From Pirellulales bacterium (GTDB lineage Bacteria > Planctomycetota > Planctomycetia > Pirellulales > JADZDJ01): a stretch of 64,000 nucleotides of DNA. Under the pieces are notes generated by a model, which saw only the letters and a list, made by a program, of their open reading frames with translations, made no database searches and had not been told where the DNA came from. This document shows, in pieces, positions 28,729 to 39,281 of this stretch; positions within the stretch are counted from its first letter, which is position 1; every line of letters starts with the position of its first letter. Both the position numbers and the translations under genes were made by a program. Where the stretch lies: positions 1,783,462 to 1,847,461 of the forward strand of contig OY970289.1 in NCBI GenBank assembly GCA_963716135.1. Reading direction: 5' to 3'.

Positions 28729-30180
28729 ATGGCCAAATTCGTCGCCAATTCTCTGAGATCGGTCCCCCTGCCCCGCGGACCCGAGCGAACTCTTATTCTA
28801 TACCGCTGGCTCTTGGTGGCGGTGGGCATCTATACCGTTCTGGTCACCTGGAACGTTTGGCAGGTGCGGTCGGCGCCCGATTGGCATCCTTGGAAATACG
28901 CCACGCCGGATTCGCACATAATCTGGAACCATCGGCCCAGCGATGCGCAATTGGCGCCCATGCTGCCTGCCTGGGATTGGCTGCCGCAATTCGACGTCGG
29001 CGCATTGTTGATCGCGGGATTCGTGCTGGTTGTGTTTCTGCCGCGTACCGGTCTGACCGCGCTCGCTGCAATCTGGTTAATCGCGGTTTTGATGGATCGC
29101 ACGCGCCTGCAGCCACACTATCAAATCGGATTGTTGATATTGGCTACGCTCCCCAGCCCCGGCGCGAAGCTTGTCGGCCGCGCGAACTTGATCGCGCTCT
29201 GGTTTTGGGCCGGCTTTCACAAGGTGATCATCGATTTCATCAAGCCCGAAGGTTTGCCCGGCTTCAAAAACGACATCATTCCATTGGACCTGGCCCGAAT
29301 GTTTCCCCCGGAACATTACGCCTGGAGCACGCACAATTTCGCCGTCGCGGTGGGTTGGACCGTGGCCGTGAGCGAAATGTTGCTGGGCATCATGTGTCTG
29401 TTTCCGCCCCTGCGCTGGCTGGTCGGCATCATCGCATTGGTGTTGCATGGCGGCATTCTGCTGTGGAATTGCCGGATGCTCGGTTGCAACCTGACGGGAT
29501 GGAACGTGGCATTGATGCTCGCCGGCGTGGTGCTCATCACTCCCTGGCGCGAGTGGCCCCGCACCGCGTTGAAACAATGCCGCCCGCTGGCCCGGGTGCT
29601 GGCGATCGCCTTGCTCATCTATCCGGCTGCGTTCTACGTCGATGCGGTGAATGGATACCTGGCACACTGCATCTACGTGCCCAACTCAGCATACGGTGAA
29701 CTGCGCCGCACAGGCGAGGCTCCAAAGCCCGCCCCTTTCATGCCCTTTGAGGTCATCAATTTTCCGCTGCCTCCCGGCCAAAGCATTGCCGAAGCATATT
29801 TCAACAAGATCAAACAAACCGGCGACGAAATGATCATTTACGATCCGCGTCCCTGGGCCCGTCACAACGGCATGCACTTACGCCGGCTGACGTACGATGG
29901 CGAATTGCGCAACGATCTGCCCTACGGCCACTGGATCCGCCGCGACGATAAGGGGAACAAGCTGAGCGAAGGCGATTTCAAAGACGGCGTCGAAACCGGC
30001 CACTGGATCTTCTGGTATGCCGATGGCCGCAAGGCGATGGAAGGCGATTTTGTCGACGGACGCGCCGAAGGACCGTGGCTTACCTGGTCGCCCGAAGGCG
30101 AAGAAGAATTCGTCGAATTCCACGATGGCCAGCCCGTGTCGCCGCTACCGCCTGCCGAGCCGTCAACCGGCGGCGAGTAA
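28729..30180 (+). CDS. Multi-pass membrane domain fused to C-terminal MORN-variant (YwqK-like) repeats
   Basis: 483-aa ORF starting at ATG. It has ~8 hydrophobic segments in residues 20-290. The C-terminus 'LPYGHWIRRDDKGNKLSEGDFKDGVETGHWIFWYADGRKAMEGDFVDGRAEGPWLTWSPEG' is the G-x-W...G...G MORN-variant periodicity. Confidence 0.8.
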   Translation: MAKFVANSLRSVPLPRGPERTLILYRWLLVAVGIYTVLVTWNVWQVRSAPDWHPWKYATPDSHIIWNHRPSDAQLAPMLPAWDWLPQFDVGALLIAGFVLVVFLPRTGLTALAAIWLIAVLMDRTRLQPHYQIGLLILATLPSPGAKLVGRANLIALWFWAGFHKVIIDFIKPEGLPGFKNDIIPLDLARMFPPEHYAWSTHNFAVAVGWTVAVSEMLLGIMCLFPPLRWLVGIIALVLHGGILLWNCRMLGCNLTGWNVALMLAGVVLITPWREWPRTALKQCRPLARVLAIALLIYPAAFYVDAVNGYLAHCIYVPNSAYGELRRTGEAPKPAPFMPFEVINFPLPPGQSIAEAYFNKIKQTGDEMIIYDPRPWARHNGMHLRRLTYDGELRNDLPYGHWIRRDDKGNKLSEGDFKDGVETGHWIFWYADGRKAMEGDFVDGRAEGPWLTWSPEGEEEFVEFHDGQPVSPLPPAEPSTGGE

Positions 30181-30310
30181 ATCGCCTGTTTGTGTCCTAA
30201 GCCGAGCAATGGCGTTGCGATTTAGCAGGCCAATGACTAACTTTGTACGCCCCTCCCCCATAAAATACTGACAATTGACGACAGACCACCGCCCGCTGAC
30301 TGCCGACCGC

Positions 30311-32116
30311 ATGCCCGAAAATCGCCAGATCCGCAATTTCTGCATCATCGCCCACATCGACCATGGCAAAAGCACCCTGGCCGATCGGCTGATCGAGCTG
30401 ACCGGCACGGTCCAAAAGCGCGAAATGCAAGCGCAATTGCTCGACGATATGGACCTGGAACGCGAGCGAGGCATCACGATCAAAGCCCGTGCCGTGTCGA
30501 TGCACTACCGACACGGTGGTGAAGAGTACGAATTGAACCTGATCGACACCCCGGGCCACGTTGATTTTCACTACGAAGTCTCCCGCAGCCTGACCTGCTG
30601 TGAGGGAGCGATTCTGTTGGTCGATGCGTTCCAAGGGGTCGAGGCCCAAACGGTCGCCAATGCCCTGGCCGCCATGGAGCACAACCTCACCATCGTGCCG
30701 GTGCTGAATAAGGTCGACCTGAAGCACGCGCGCCCCGACGAAGTGATGCTCGAAATGGAGCAGGTATTGGGCATCAAGCCCGAAGAAGTGCTGAAGTGCA
30801 GCGGAAAAACCGGCGAGGGAGTAGCCGAGTTGTTGGAAGCGATCGTCGCGCGCATTCCGCCGCCGACGGGCGACCCCGCCGCTCCGCTTCAAGCGATGTT
30901 GTTCGATTCGCACTACGACGATTACCGCGGCGCCATCGCCTACGTGCGCCTGATGCAGGGCAGCGTCGAAAAAGGGCAAAAAATTCGCTTTCTGCGAGTA
31001 GAAGCCACCTACGAAGTTTTGGAGCTGGGCCAGTTCGTGCCCGAGCGCAAAGCCTGCGAACGTCTGGTGGCCGGCGAAGTGGGCTACCTGATCTGCAACA
31101 TTAAGGAACTGAAAGATATTCACATCGGCGACACCGTCACCGTGCCCGGCGACAACGCCGCCCCTGCCCTGCCCGGCTATCGCCCGCCGCAGCGGATGGT
31201 GTATTGCGGACTGTACCCGTCCGACGGCCAGAACTTCGAAGAACTGCGCGATTCACTCACCAAGCTTTCGATCAACGATCCCAGCTTCGAGTTCACGCCC
31301 GAAACCAGCGAGGCCCTCGGCTTCGGCTTCCGTTGCGGCTTCCTGGGCTTGTTGCACATGGAAATCATCCAGCAGCGGCTGGAGCAGGAAGCCAACTTGG
31401 ATTTGGTGCAAACTGCGCCCAACGTCACTTATCAAATTCTCACCCGCAACGGCGAAACGCTCGAAATTCACAACCCGCAAGATGTTCCCGATACCGGCGA
31501 GATCGAAGAATTCCGCCAGCCGATCGTGCGGGTGAACTTCGTGCTGCCCGTGGAATACATCGGCCCCGTGATGCAGTTGTGCACCGATCGCCGCGGCACC
31601 TACAAGCGCACCGAGTACCTCGGTCCCACGCGCGCCATGATCACTTTCGATCTGCCGCTGGCGGACGTGATCTACGATCTGCACGACAAGCTGAAAAGCG
31701 TCACCCGCGGTTACGGCACCATGGATTACGAAGTGATCGGCTACGTGCCGGCCGATCTGGTGCGAATGGATATTCTGGTCGGCGGCAAGAAAGTTGACGC
31801 GCTATCGATCATCTGCGACAAGCGCGATGCCGATCGCCGCGGCCGGGCAATCGTGAAAAAACTGCGCACCGAGATCGACCGCCACATGTTCGAGATCGCC
31901 ATCCAGGCCGCTATCGGCAGCCGCATCATCGCCCGCGAAACCATTTCCGCCATGCGCAAAAACGTGACCGCCAAATGCTACGGCGGCGACATCACCCGCA
32001 AGCGCAAACTCTGGGCCAAGCAGCGGGAAGGTAAAAAGCGGATGAAATCCATCGGCTCCGTCGACATCCCCCAGAAGGCCTTCCTGGCCGTGCTGGAATC
32101 CGGCGCGGAACAATAG
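30311..32116 (+). CDS. lepA: Elongation factor 4 (LepA)
   Basis: 'MPENRQIRNFCIIAHIDHGKSTLADRLIELTG...LLDDMDLERERGITIKA...NLIDTPGHVDF' and the C-terminal LepA domain 'AKCYGGDITRKRKLWAKQREGKKRMK'. I prefer the ATG at 30311 over the TTG at 30275 used by the track. Confidence 0.95.
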   Translation: MPENRQIRNFCIIAHIDHGKSTLADRLIELTGTVQKREMQAQLLDDMDLERERGITIKARAVSMHYRHGGEEYELNLIDTPGHVDFHYEVSRSLTCCEGAILLVDAFQGVEAQTVANALAAMEHNLTIVPVLNKVDLKHARPDEVMLEMEQVLGIKPEEVLKCSGKTGEGVAELLEAIVARIPPPTGDPAAPLQAMLFDSHYDDYRGAIAYVRLMQGSVEKGQKIRFLRVEATYEVLELGQFVPERKACERLVAGEVGYLICNIKELKDIHIGDTVTVPGDNAAPALPGYRPPQRMVYCGLYPSDGQNFEELRDSLTKLSINDPSFEFTPETSEALGFGFRCGFLGLLHMEIIQQRLEQEANLDLVQTAPNVTYQILTRNGETLEIHNPQDVPDTGEIEEFRQPIVRVNFVLPVEYIGPVMQLCTDRRGTYKRTEYLGPTRAMITFDLPLADVIYDLHDKLKSVTRGYGTMDYEVIGYVPADLVRMDILVGGKKVDALSIICDKRDADRRGRAIVKKLRTEIDRHMFEIAIQAAIGSRIIARETISAMRKNVTAKCYGGDITRKRKLWAKQREGKKRMKSIGSVDIPQKAFLAVLESGAEQ

Positions 32117-32117
32117 C

Positions 32118-32195
32118 GGGTGGCACTGACAAGCGCCGCGCTTGTCAGTGGAAATCTCCTTCACCCCACTGACAAACCGGGTTTGTCAGTGCCAC
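32118..32195. repeat. Double-hairpin TIR element, family C, second copy
   Basis: 'gggtggcactgacaagcgccgcgcttgtcagtgg...cactgacaaaccgggtttgtcagtgccacc' starts 2 nt after the lepA stop. Confidence 0.7.
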
Positions 32196-32308
32196 CGAAG
32201 CGTTCCACTCGCTCTTGTGAACTCCGCAAAAAACCCGTAACTTACGGGCTCTTCCCGCGCCCGCAATTTGGATTTCTGCGCCCTGCATCCTGAATCCTGC
32301 GCCCTGCA

Positions 32309-33328
32309 ATGGCCTACGCTCCTCCTCAAAACTTGCGATCGCCGCTGCGGCGGCTGACCGGGGTGCAGTGCATCGCCACCGGCAGCTACGTGCCGGATAT
32401 CGTGGTGCGCAACGAAGATCTGACCAAGTATGGCTGCGACCCCCAGTGGATTTTCGATCGCAGCGGCATCCGCGAGCGCCGCCAGGTTGCTCCCGATCAG
32501 TGCACCAGCGATCTGGCCGTGGCCGCCGCCAAGCGCGCCATGGATCGCGCCGGCGTCTCCCCCGGCGATATCGATCTGTTGGTCCTCGGCACCTTCAGCC
32601 CCGACTTGCCCATCCCCTCCACCGCCACTCAGGTGCAACACAAGCTCGGCCTGCATTGCGGCGCGTTCGACGTCTCCGCTGCGTGTGCCGGCTTCATGTA
32701 TGCCCTCGTCACGGGTGCGCAATTCGTCGCCGCCGGAAGCAGCAAGCTGGCGCTCGTCATCGGCGCCGATGCCAATTCACGCATCGTCGAGCCGAGCGAC
32801 AACAAAACCTATCCGCTGTTCGGCGACGGCGCCGGCGCCGTCCTGCTGGCCCCCGGCGGCGAGGACCAAGGTCTAATCTCCTACACCCTTGGCGCCGACG
32901 GCTCCGCCGAAGAAATTTTGTGCATGAAGGCCGGCGGCTCGCGCAAGCCCGCCTCCTGCGAAACCGTCCAAGCCGGCGAACACTTCATGCGCATGGACGG
33001 ACGCGCCGTGTTTAAGTGGGCGATCCGCCTGATCGATCAATCGGTGCGCGACGTGCTGGACCACGCGAAAATCTGCACCGACCAGGTCGATCTCGTCGTG
33101 TTGCATCAGGCCAATATCCGCATTCTCGATGCCGCCGCCGAAGAGCTCGGCATCGACCGCGGCAAGATGTTCGTCAACCTCGAAAAATACGGCAATACCT
33201 CCGCCGGCAGCATTCCGTTGGCGCTCGATGAAGCCGTGCAAAAGGGTTTGGTCAAGCGCGGCAGCAACATCGTCATGTGCGGCTTCGGCGCCGGCCTCTG
33301 CTGGGGCACCGCCCTGTGGCGCTGGTGA
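32309..33328 (+). CDS. fabH: Beta-ketoacyl-ACP synthase III
   Basis: 339-aa ORF with 'AFDVSAACAGFMYAL' (active-site Cys), 'VVLHQANIRIL' (His) and 'LEKYGNTSAGSIPLAL' (Asn). It is preceded by a tandem 12-nt word CTGCGCCCTGCA x2 (32276-32287, 32297-32308) abutting the ATG. Confidence 0.92.
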   Translation: MAYAPPQNLRSPLRRLTGVQCIATGSYVPDIVVRNEDLTKYGCDPQWIFDRSGIRERRQVAPDQCTSDLAVAAAKRAMDRAGVSPGDIDLLVLGTFSPDLPIPSTATQVQHKLGLHCGAFDVSAACAGFMYALVTGAQFVAAGSSKLALVIGADANSRIVEPSDNKTYPLFGDGAGAVLLAPGGEDQGLISYTLGADGSAEEILCMKAGGSRKPASCETVQAGEHFMRMDGRAVFKWAIRLIDQSVRDVLDHAKICTDQVDLVVLHQANIRILDAAAEELGIDRGKMFVNLEKYGNTSAGSIPLALDEAVQKGLVKRGSNIVMCGFGAGLCWGTALWRW

Positions 33329-33351
33329 CCTGCGAAATGGCTCGATCCAGA

Positions 33352-33476
33352 GAACACAGATGAAAAGGATGAACTCAGATAAAAACAGAGTTCATCAAAA
33401 CCCGTTCATCCAAGTCCTAAACTTAATTTGTTGCCGATCTGTGTTTATCTGAGTTAATCCGTGTTCATCTGTGTTC
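33352..33476. repeat. Word-built long hairpin (words CAGATGAA / CAGATAAA)
   Basis: Left arm is 'gaacacagatgaaaaggatgaactcagataaaaacagag' and right arm is 'ctgtgtttatctgagttaatccgtgttcatctgtgttc'. It lies between fabH and pepF. Confidence 0.55.
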
Positions 33477-33502
33477 CCTAGATTCTCAATTCGATTTGAC
33501 CC

Positions 33503-35305
33503 ATGTCCAAAGTCAAACAACTTCCGCCGCGCAGCAAAGTCAAATCCGCCGACTGCTGGGATCTGGCCAGTCTCTGCAAATCCGATGCGGCCTGGGAAGC
33601 CGCCTTCAAAAAATGGGAAAGCGAAATTAAGGGCTATGAAAAATTTGCCGGCCATCTCGGCGAGAGCGCCAAGAAACTTGCCGACTGCCTGGAATTCGAC
33701 ATCGCTTTCGACCGCACCGGCGAGCGCCTGGGCACCTACGCCTTTCTGAAAACGACCGAAGACCAGGCCAACAGCACCTATCAGCGGATGATCGGCCGTT
33801 ATCAAAACGCCGCCAGCCGCGCCGGCCAGGCCGCCAGTTACATCCGTCCGGAAATCATGGCGATTCCCGAGGCGACGATGAAAAAATTCCTGGCCGCGAA
33901 GGAACTGGCCCCCCATCGCATTTCCTTGGAACGCCTGCTCCGCTACAAGCCACACACGCTGGCGAAATCGGAAGAAAAACTCCTGGCGATGCAGGCCGAG
34001 ATGGCCGAAACTGCCAATCACGCCTTCCGCCAGTTGACCGACGCCGATCTCAAATTCGGCCTGGTGAAAAACGAGAAAGGCGAGCAGATCGAACTCTCTA
34101 ACGCCACATTCTCATTATTCTTGCATTCGCCGAAGCGAGCCGTCCGCAAAGCGGCGTTCCACCAGTATTACGCGCAGTTCAAGGGGCACGAAAACACGCT
34201 GGCCGCCACGCTTTCCGGCTCGATGCAGCGCGACGTTTATTACGCCAAGGCCCGGAATTACAAGAGTGCCCTGGCCGGTGCTTTGTTCGCCGACAACGTG
34301 CCGCTAAGTGTTTACGACAACCTGATCGCCGCGGTGCACAAGAATCTGCCGGCGCTGTATCGGTACTACGATCTGCGCAAACGCAAAATGAAACTGCCCG
34401 ACATCCATCATTACGACACCTACGTGCCGATCCTCAGTCAGTTGGAATCGCGCCACACTTGGGATCAAGGCGTCAAGGAAGTCGTCACGTCGCTAGAGCC
34501 GCTGGGCAGCGAATACTGCGGCGTGTTGGAACGCGGCCTGAACAACGGCTGGTGTGACCGCTACCCCAACCAGGGCAAGCAAAGCGGCGCATTCTCCGCC
34601 GGCACGTTCGATGGCGATCCGTACATCATGATGAACTACCAGCCCGAAGTGCTGGATCACGTGTTCACGCTGGCCCACGAGGCCGGCCATTCGATGCACA
34701 GCTACTACTCGGCCAAACATCAACCGTATCAGTACTACAACTACACGATCTTCGTGGCCGAAGTGGCCAGCACGTTCAACGAGCAACTGCTCAGCCGCCA
34801 TTTGCGGCAAAAGGCGCACAGCGACAAGGAACGCGCCTACCTGATCAACCGCGACATCGACGCCATCCGCGGCACGATCATCCGCCAAACGATGTTCGCC
34901 GAGTTCGAGAAGATCACGCACGAAACGGTCGAAGCCGGCGAACCCCTGACGGTCGAAAAGTTCAAAGAAATCTATCGCGCCCTGTTGGATCGTTACTTCG
35001 GCAAAGATTTTGCCATCGACGACGAGCTAGCCCTAGAATGCTTCCGCATCCCGCACTTCTACCGCGCGTTCTACGTTTACAAATACGCCACGGGCTTGTC
35101 GGCGGCGATCGCACTTTCGGAGCGCGTCGTCGGAGGCGGCAAACGTGAATTGTACGACTACCTCGGCTTCCTCAAAGGCGGCTGCTCAAAGTTCCCGCTG
35201 GATCTTTTGCGCGACGCCGGCGTCGACATGCAAAAGCCCGCTCCCGTCGAAACCGCCCTGAAACACTTCGCCCGCCTGGTCGAAGAACTGGACGATTTGC
35301 TCTGA
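33503..35305 (+). CDS. pepF: Oligoendopeptidase F (M3B)
   Basis: 600-aa ORF with zinc motif 'TLAHEAGHSMH' and 'FYRAFYVYKYATG', typical of M3B PepF. Confidence 0.9.
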   Translation: MSKVKQLPPRSKVKSADCWDLASLCKSDAAWEAAFKKWESEIKGYEKFAGHLGESAKKLADCLEFDIAFDRTGERLGTYAFLKTTEDQANSTYQRMIGRYQNAASRAGQAASYIRPEIMAIPEATMKKFLAAKELAPHRISLERLLRYKPHTLAKSEEKLLAMQAEMAETANHAFRQLTDADLKFGLVKNEKGEQIELSNATFSLFLHSPKRAVRKAAFHQYYAQFKGHENTLAATLSGSMQRDVYYAKARNYKSALAGALFADNVPLSVYDNLIAAVHKNLPALYRYYDLRKRKMKLPDIHHYDTYVPILSQLESRHTWDQGVKEVVTSLEPLGSEYCGVLERGLNNGWCDRYPNQGKQSGAFSAGTFDGDPYIMMNYQPEVLDHVFTLAHEAGHSMHSYYSAKHQPYQYYNYTIFVAEVASTFNEQLLSRHLRQKAHSDKERAYLINRDIDAIRGTIIRQTMFAEFEKITHETVEAGEPLTVEKFKEIYRALLDRYFGKDFAIDDELALECFRIPHFYRAFYVYKYATGLSAAIALSERVVGGGKRELYDYLGFLKGGCSKFPLDLLRDAGVDMQKPAPVETALKHFARLVEELDDLL

Positions 35306-35313
35306 GCCGAAAT

Positions 35314-35393
35314 AGAAGCGGAGAGGATGAGAAGAGCAGAAGAGGAGATGCGAGTTAGCCTGCTCTTCTCATTTTCTGCTCTTCTCCTCTTCT
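35314..35393. repeat. Word-built hairpin (words GAGAAGAGCAGAAGAGGAG), bidirectional terminator position
   Basis: Left arm is 'agaagcggagaggatgagaagagcagaagaggag' and right arm is 'ctgctcttctcattttctgctcttctcctcttct'. It lies between convergent pepF and 35399..36433. Confidence 0.55.
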
Positions 35394-35398
35394 GTCCA

Positions 35399-36433
35399 TC
35401 ACGGCTTCAGCGTCGTGATCCACACCAGCGGCTTGCCCGCATCGTCCAGGCGCACTTCGCACTTCAGCCCGGCCTGAAACAGCACCTGATCCAAGATCTT
35501 TTTGTAGAACGTTTTGCCGGCCGGCACTTTCACTTTCTTCGCCAGGTCGATCCGATCCCGCGCCATGTTGTTGTAATCGAACAAGAACGGCGTTTTCAGC
35601 CGGCCCTGGATCGCCGCCAGCGCCTCGTCGGCCGGCGTATTGTCGATTTCCACCTTGATGAATTCGAAAAGCGCCGGAATGATTTTGCCCTCGTCTTTTT
35701 CTCCCGGCGGCCAACCGATCGGCCACGATTGAATTCCCTCTTTGGCCGCCGTCAATCGTAGCTCCAGGTTTCCATTCACAAACCGCGGCACAATTGCTCC
35801 GCCCGCCGGCCGAACTATCGCCGCCATCGCTGTTCCGCTGGCCACCGCGTCCAATTCATCGCGCGCCGGCTCGTCGACCGCAATCGCCTGTTCGATCGCC
35901 GGATCGACGGTCACTTTTGCCTTCAAGCCGCCGCGAATCTGTTCCAGTGCCTTTGCGGCGGGCAATCCCTTGGTCGCAAATCCGACCGGCGCCGCCAGAC
36001 TTTGCCGCGCTTGATCGAGCTGCTCGCGGGTAAATCCAAACGCGGTTCTCGGCTGCCCGATTCCTCCCACGCCGCCCGATTGCAAATCCGCCAACCATTC
36101 TTTTAACTTCGCGCTATCGGAAATCGCGAATTGCCCGCCGGGCGTAACCAGCATTCCACGCTCATCCAATTGCGCGGTGACGTGTATCGTGCCGCCATCC
36201 GCGCCTTGCACGTCGATCCGGTCTCCCGTCTGCGCGGGCCGAAACTGAACGTTGCTAAAGCCAAGATCCGCCAGTGTCTTCATCCATTTCTGCGAAGCCG
36301 TCGCCGCATTCACGCTGGGTCGAGCCAGCACCTCGATCTCCACGCGCGGCGGAGCGGCATCGACCAAACCGCCCGTTGTCAGGATCGCGGTGATGAGCGT
36401 CGAGAAGCAAACGATTCGAGACAAATGACACAT
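35399..36433 (-). CDS. Secreted hypothetical protein
   Basis: The track ORF is trimmed to ATG comp. 36431-36433, which gives signal-like 'MCHLSRIVCFSTLITAILTTGGLVDA'. I recognise no domain. Codon usage is consistent with its neighbours. Confidence 0.65.
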   Translation of the reverse strand: MCHLSRIVCFSTLITAILTTGGLVDAAPPRVEIEVLARPSVNAATASQKWMKTLADLGFSNVQFRPAQTGDRIDVQGADGGTIHVTAQLDERGMLVTPGGQFAISDSAKLKEWLADLQSGGVGGIGQPRTAFGFTREQLDQARQSLAAPVGFATKGLPAAKALEQIRGGLKAKVTVDPAIEQAIAVDEPARDELDAVASGTAMAAIVRPAGGAIVPRFVNGNLELRLTAAKEGIQSWPIGWPPGEKDEGKIIPALFEFIKVEIDNTPADEALAAIQGRLKTPFLFDYNNMARDRIDLAKKVKVPAGKTFYKKILDQVLFQAGLKCEVRLDDAGKPLVWITTLKP

Positions 36434-36493
36434 ACTGGCACAACAGTCTAGCAGAATCTTGAATCGATCCGGTTGGTGGTACACTGGAAGTAT

Positions 36494-37984
36494 ATGCCTT
36501 CTGCATCGTCAGGCTGTCGATTTTGCGTGCTCGCCTGCTTTCTGGCAGTGACAACCGTCTTTTTAGGTCGGGCTTCCGCAACTGAAACGATCACGAATTC
36601 TGAAGAGGCTCGCGAGCAACTTTACGCGGCTTATGCTAACCAGCTAAGCGAACTAGCCGCCGAATGTGATTCCAGCGGTCTGACGTCGCAAGCGCAGTTC
36701 ACGCGCAAGTGGCTGCCCAAGCGCGATCCGACGATGATCTATGTGTTTGCGCTGCCCGATTCATCCGCGCCGCCGGCGAAGCTCGTCGATTCGGAAGCGA
36801 GCCAGCAATGGTGGACGAAATTCACCGAGCTGCGACGCGGCCAGGCCGACAAGCTCTTCCAATTGGCCCAGTCGGCGGCCAAAGCCAAGCAACCCGCGCT
36901 GGCGTTTGAATTGGCGCGCGAAACGGTGCGTGAAAACCCCGACCACGCGCAGGGCCGAAAGATACTCGGCTTCGAAAAATATCAGGACTCTTGGAAAACC
37001 GCCGAAACGGTGCGCCGCCTAAAAGACGGGCAAGTCTGGAGCGATTCGTTCGGCTGGCTGCCCGCCGATCAATTGCCGCGCTACGAAAAAGGAATGCGCT
37101 ACTATCGCGGCAATTGGATCGACAAGGAGGAAGATGCCCGGCTGCACAGCAACATCAAGAACGGCTGGCATGTAGAGACCGATCATTACGCGGTCACGAC
37201 TAATCACAGCCTGGAAGAAGGAGCGCGGTTGGCCGGCCGGCTGGAAACGCTGTACGACGTGTGGCGGCAAGTGTTTCTGCCCTACTACGCCGGCGTGTCG
37301 GACGTGGAGCGCTGGTTTGCCGACGCAGCCATCCCCGCCGCTCCCCACAAATTGCACCAGGTGGTGTATTTCCGCGACAAAGAGCAATACGTCGATGCCC
37401 TGAAGCAGGCGCATCCGCAAATCGCCATGTCGCTGGGCATTTATATCGACACCGCCAACACGGCGTACTTTTTTTATGATGCGGAGCGTCACGATTCGAC
37501 GCTGAACCACGAAGGCACGCATCAGTTGTTCCAGGAAGTGCGCCCCGGCACGATCAAAGCCGGGGTGAAGAACAACTTTTGGATCGTTGAAGCCGTGGCG
37601 TGCTACATGGAATCGCTCGCCGAGCATCGCCTGCTGCCCGATGATCTTTACGGCAGTTACATCACCGTCGGCGGCGAAAATGAAGGCCGCGCGCCTGCGG
37701 CACGCAAGCGACTGCTGGACGACAACTTCTACGTGCCGCTGCGAGAATTGACGGCCTTCGGCCGAGATTCAATGCAGCACGATCCACGCCTGCCGATGAT
37801 CTATAGCGAAAGCTCGGGACTGGCGCTGTTCTTGATGGCTGCCGACGGTGGCCGCTACCGCGGGGCGCTGATGGATTATCTAATCGCCGTGTACACCGGA
37901 CACGCCGCGCCGGATGCGCTGGAAAAGCTTACCGGGCAGCGGTTCGAAGAACTCGATCGGCAGTACCGCGAGTTCATGAAGTAA
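36494..37984 (+). CDS. DUF1570-like putative zinc metallopeptidase (HExxH), secreted
   Basis: ATG 36494 gives 'MPSASSGCRFCVLACFLAVTTVFLGRASA'. 'HYAVTTNHSLEEGARLAGRLETLY...STLNHEGTHQLFQE' has an HExxH motif in the context typical of the DUF1570/peptidase-MA-like family. Confidence 0.72.
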   Translation: MPSASSGCRFCVLACFLAVTTVFLGRASATETITNSEEAREQLYAAYANQLSELAAECDSSGLTSQAQFTRKWLPKRDPTMIYVFALPDSSAPPAKLVDSEASQQWWTKFTELRRGQADKLFQLAQSAAKAKQPALAFELARETVRENPDHAQGRKILGFEKYQDSWKTAETVRRLKDGQVWSDSFGWLPADQLPRYEKGMRYYRGNWIDKEEDARLHSNIKNGWHVETDHYAVTTNHSLEEGARLAGRLETLYDVWRQVFLPYYAGVSDVERWFADAAIPAAPHKLHQVVYFRDKEQYVDALKQAHPQIAMSLGIYIDTANTAYFFYDAERHDSTLNHEGTHQLFQEVRPGTIKAGVKNNFWIVEAVACYMESLAEHRLLPDDLYGSYITVGGENEGRAPAARKRLLDDNFYVPLRELTAFGRDSMQHDPRLPMIYSESSGLALFLMAADGGRYRGALMDYLIAVYTGHAAPDALEKLTGQRFEELDRQYREFMK

Positions 37985-39277
37985 GCGACGGCTGTTCGTC
38001 TGCTTGCGGTTTGCCGCTGGCCGCCTGCCACGCGTCTTTACCGCAGGCGAATGCGTTGGGAGTGTGCACGTGCTCCGGCGCGCGCCCATGCCGACCATGC
38101 GCGCTGGAATGCGCCGTAATCGCGGCCAACGGTGCAGCCAACGTACGATTCGCGGAGGCTTGATTTGCTGCGTCGCCGTGATGGCCCGATTGATCACTCG
38201 ATTTTGAATGAACACTTGCACGCGCTGCGTCACTCGTGTGGGAAACTCGCGGCGGCGCTGCACGCGGTGTAAATCGGTCAGCGTGAGCGATTTGTCTTTT
38301 AGCGGCGCGGCCAGCAAGTTTGCGGTAGCGACCGCATCTTGAATTGCCAGGTTGATGCCCACGCCGCCCACCGGCGACATCGCGTGCGCCGCATCGCCGA
38401 TGCACAATAGCCCCGGCTTGTACCAACGCTCCAGGCGATCGATTTTCACGGTCAGCAGGCGGATGTCGTCCCAGGTGCGCAGCTCGTTCACGCGGTCGCC
38501 CAAAAATGGCGAGATTTCCAAAATCCGCGCCCGGAATGCTTCCAACCCGCGGGCCCGCACTTCATCGTAGCCTCCTTTGGGAATCACGTACGCACATTGC
38601 CAGTACTGGCCGCGGTAGATCATCACCAAAATGCTGCCGGCCGACACCTGGCCCAGCGGAATCAACGGGTCGCTCTCTTTGCGGGAAATCCGCATCCATA
38701 GCACGTCGATCGGCGAGCCGAAATCGCGCACCTTAAAGCCGGCGCGGTCGCGGAGCGTTGAGTGGCGCCCATCGCTGGCGACGGTCAATTCGGCCCGCAC
38801 TTCCAACGGTCCCTCCGGCGTTTCGGCATGCACGCCGACGACGCGGTCATCCTCTTCGATTAAATTGGTCACATTCGCCTGCATCCGCAGATGGAACGTC
38901 GGATATTTTTTCGCCTGCTCGGCCAAGAAATTCAGGAAATCCCATTGCGGCATCAGGGCGATGAACTTGCAGTGCGTCGGCAGGTAGCGGAAATCGGCGA
39001 TCATGGTTTCGAAATCGCCGATCTTGCCGGCCAGTTGCTGCACCTCCTGATGCTCGCGCTTCAGGAATTGTTCCAACAGGCCCAGTTCGTACATCACTTC
39101 CAGCGTGGAAGGATGGACCGTGTCGCCGCGAAAATCGCGCAAGAAATCGCCGTGCTTCTCCAGCACGGTCACGTCGACGCCGGCGCGGGCCAGCAGATAG
39201 CCGAGCATCATCCCGGCCGGTCCGCCGCCAGTGATGCAGCAGGTAGTTTGAACGGTTTTTGGTGTTTGGTTGCTCAT
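37974..39277 (-). pseudogene. FAD-dependent monooxygenase (UbiH/PheA-type fold), one frame break near the 3' end (~38080-38092)
   Basis: 'CCITGGGPAGMMLGYLLARAGVDVTVLEK' is the GxGxxG motif, with 'ASDGRHSTLR' and 'LLCIGDAAHAMSPVGGVGINLAIQDA'. After 'RIPARMVGMGAR' the family-typical 'PEHVHTPNAF' continues in another frame (track ORF 37974..38426). Uncorrected, the ORF runs 105 nt into the convergent gene. Confidence 0.85.
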
Positions 39278-39281
39278 GCGT

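Noticed and set aside
21932-32195. TGGCAC inside the family C element as a sigma54 -24 box (given the nearby sigma54 activator)
   Set aside because: The required TTGC at -12 is absent (TGGCAC-TGACA-AGCG), and the elements lie at 3' gene ends.
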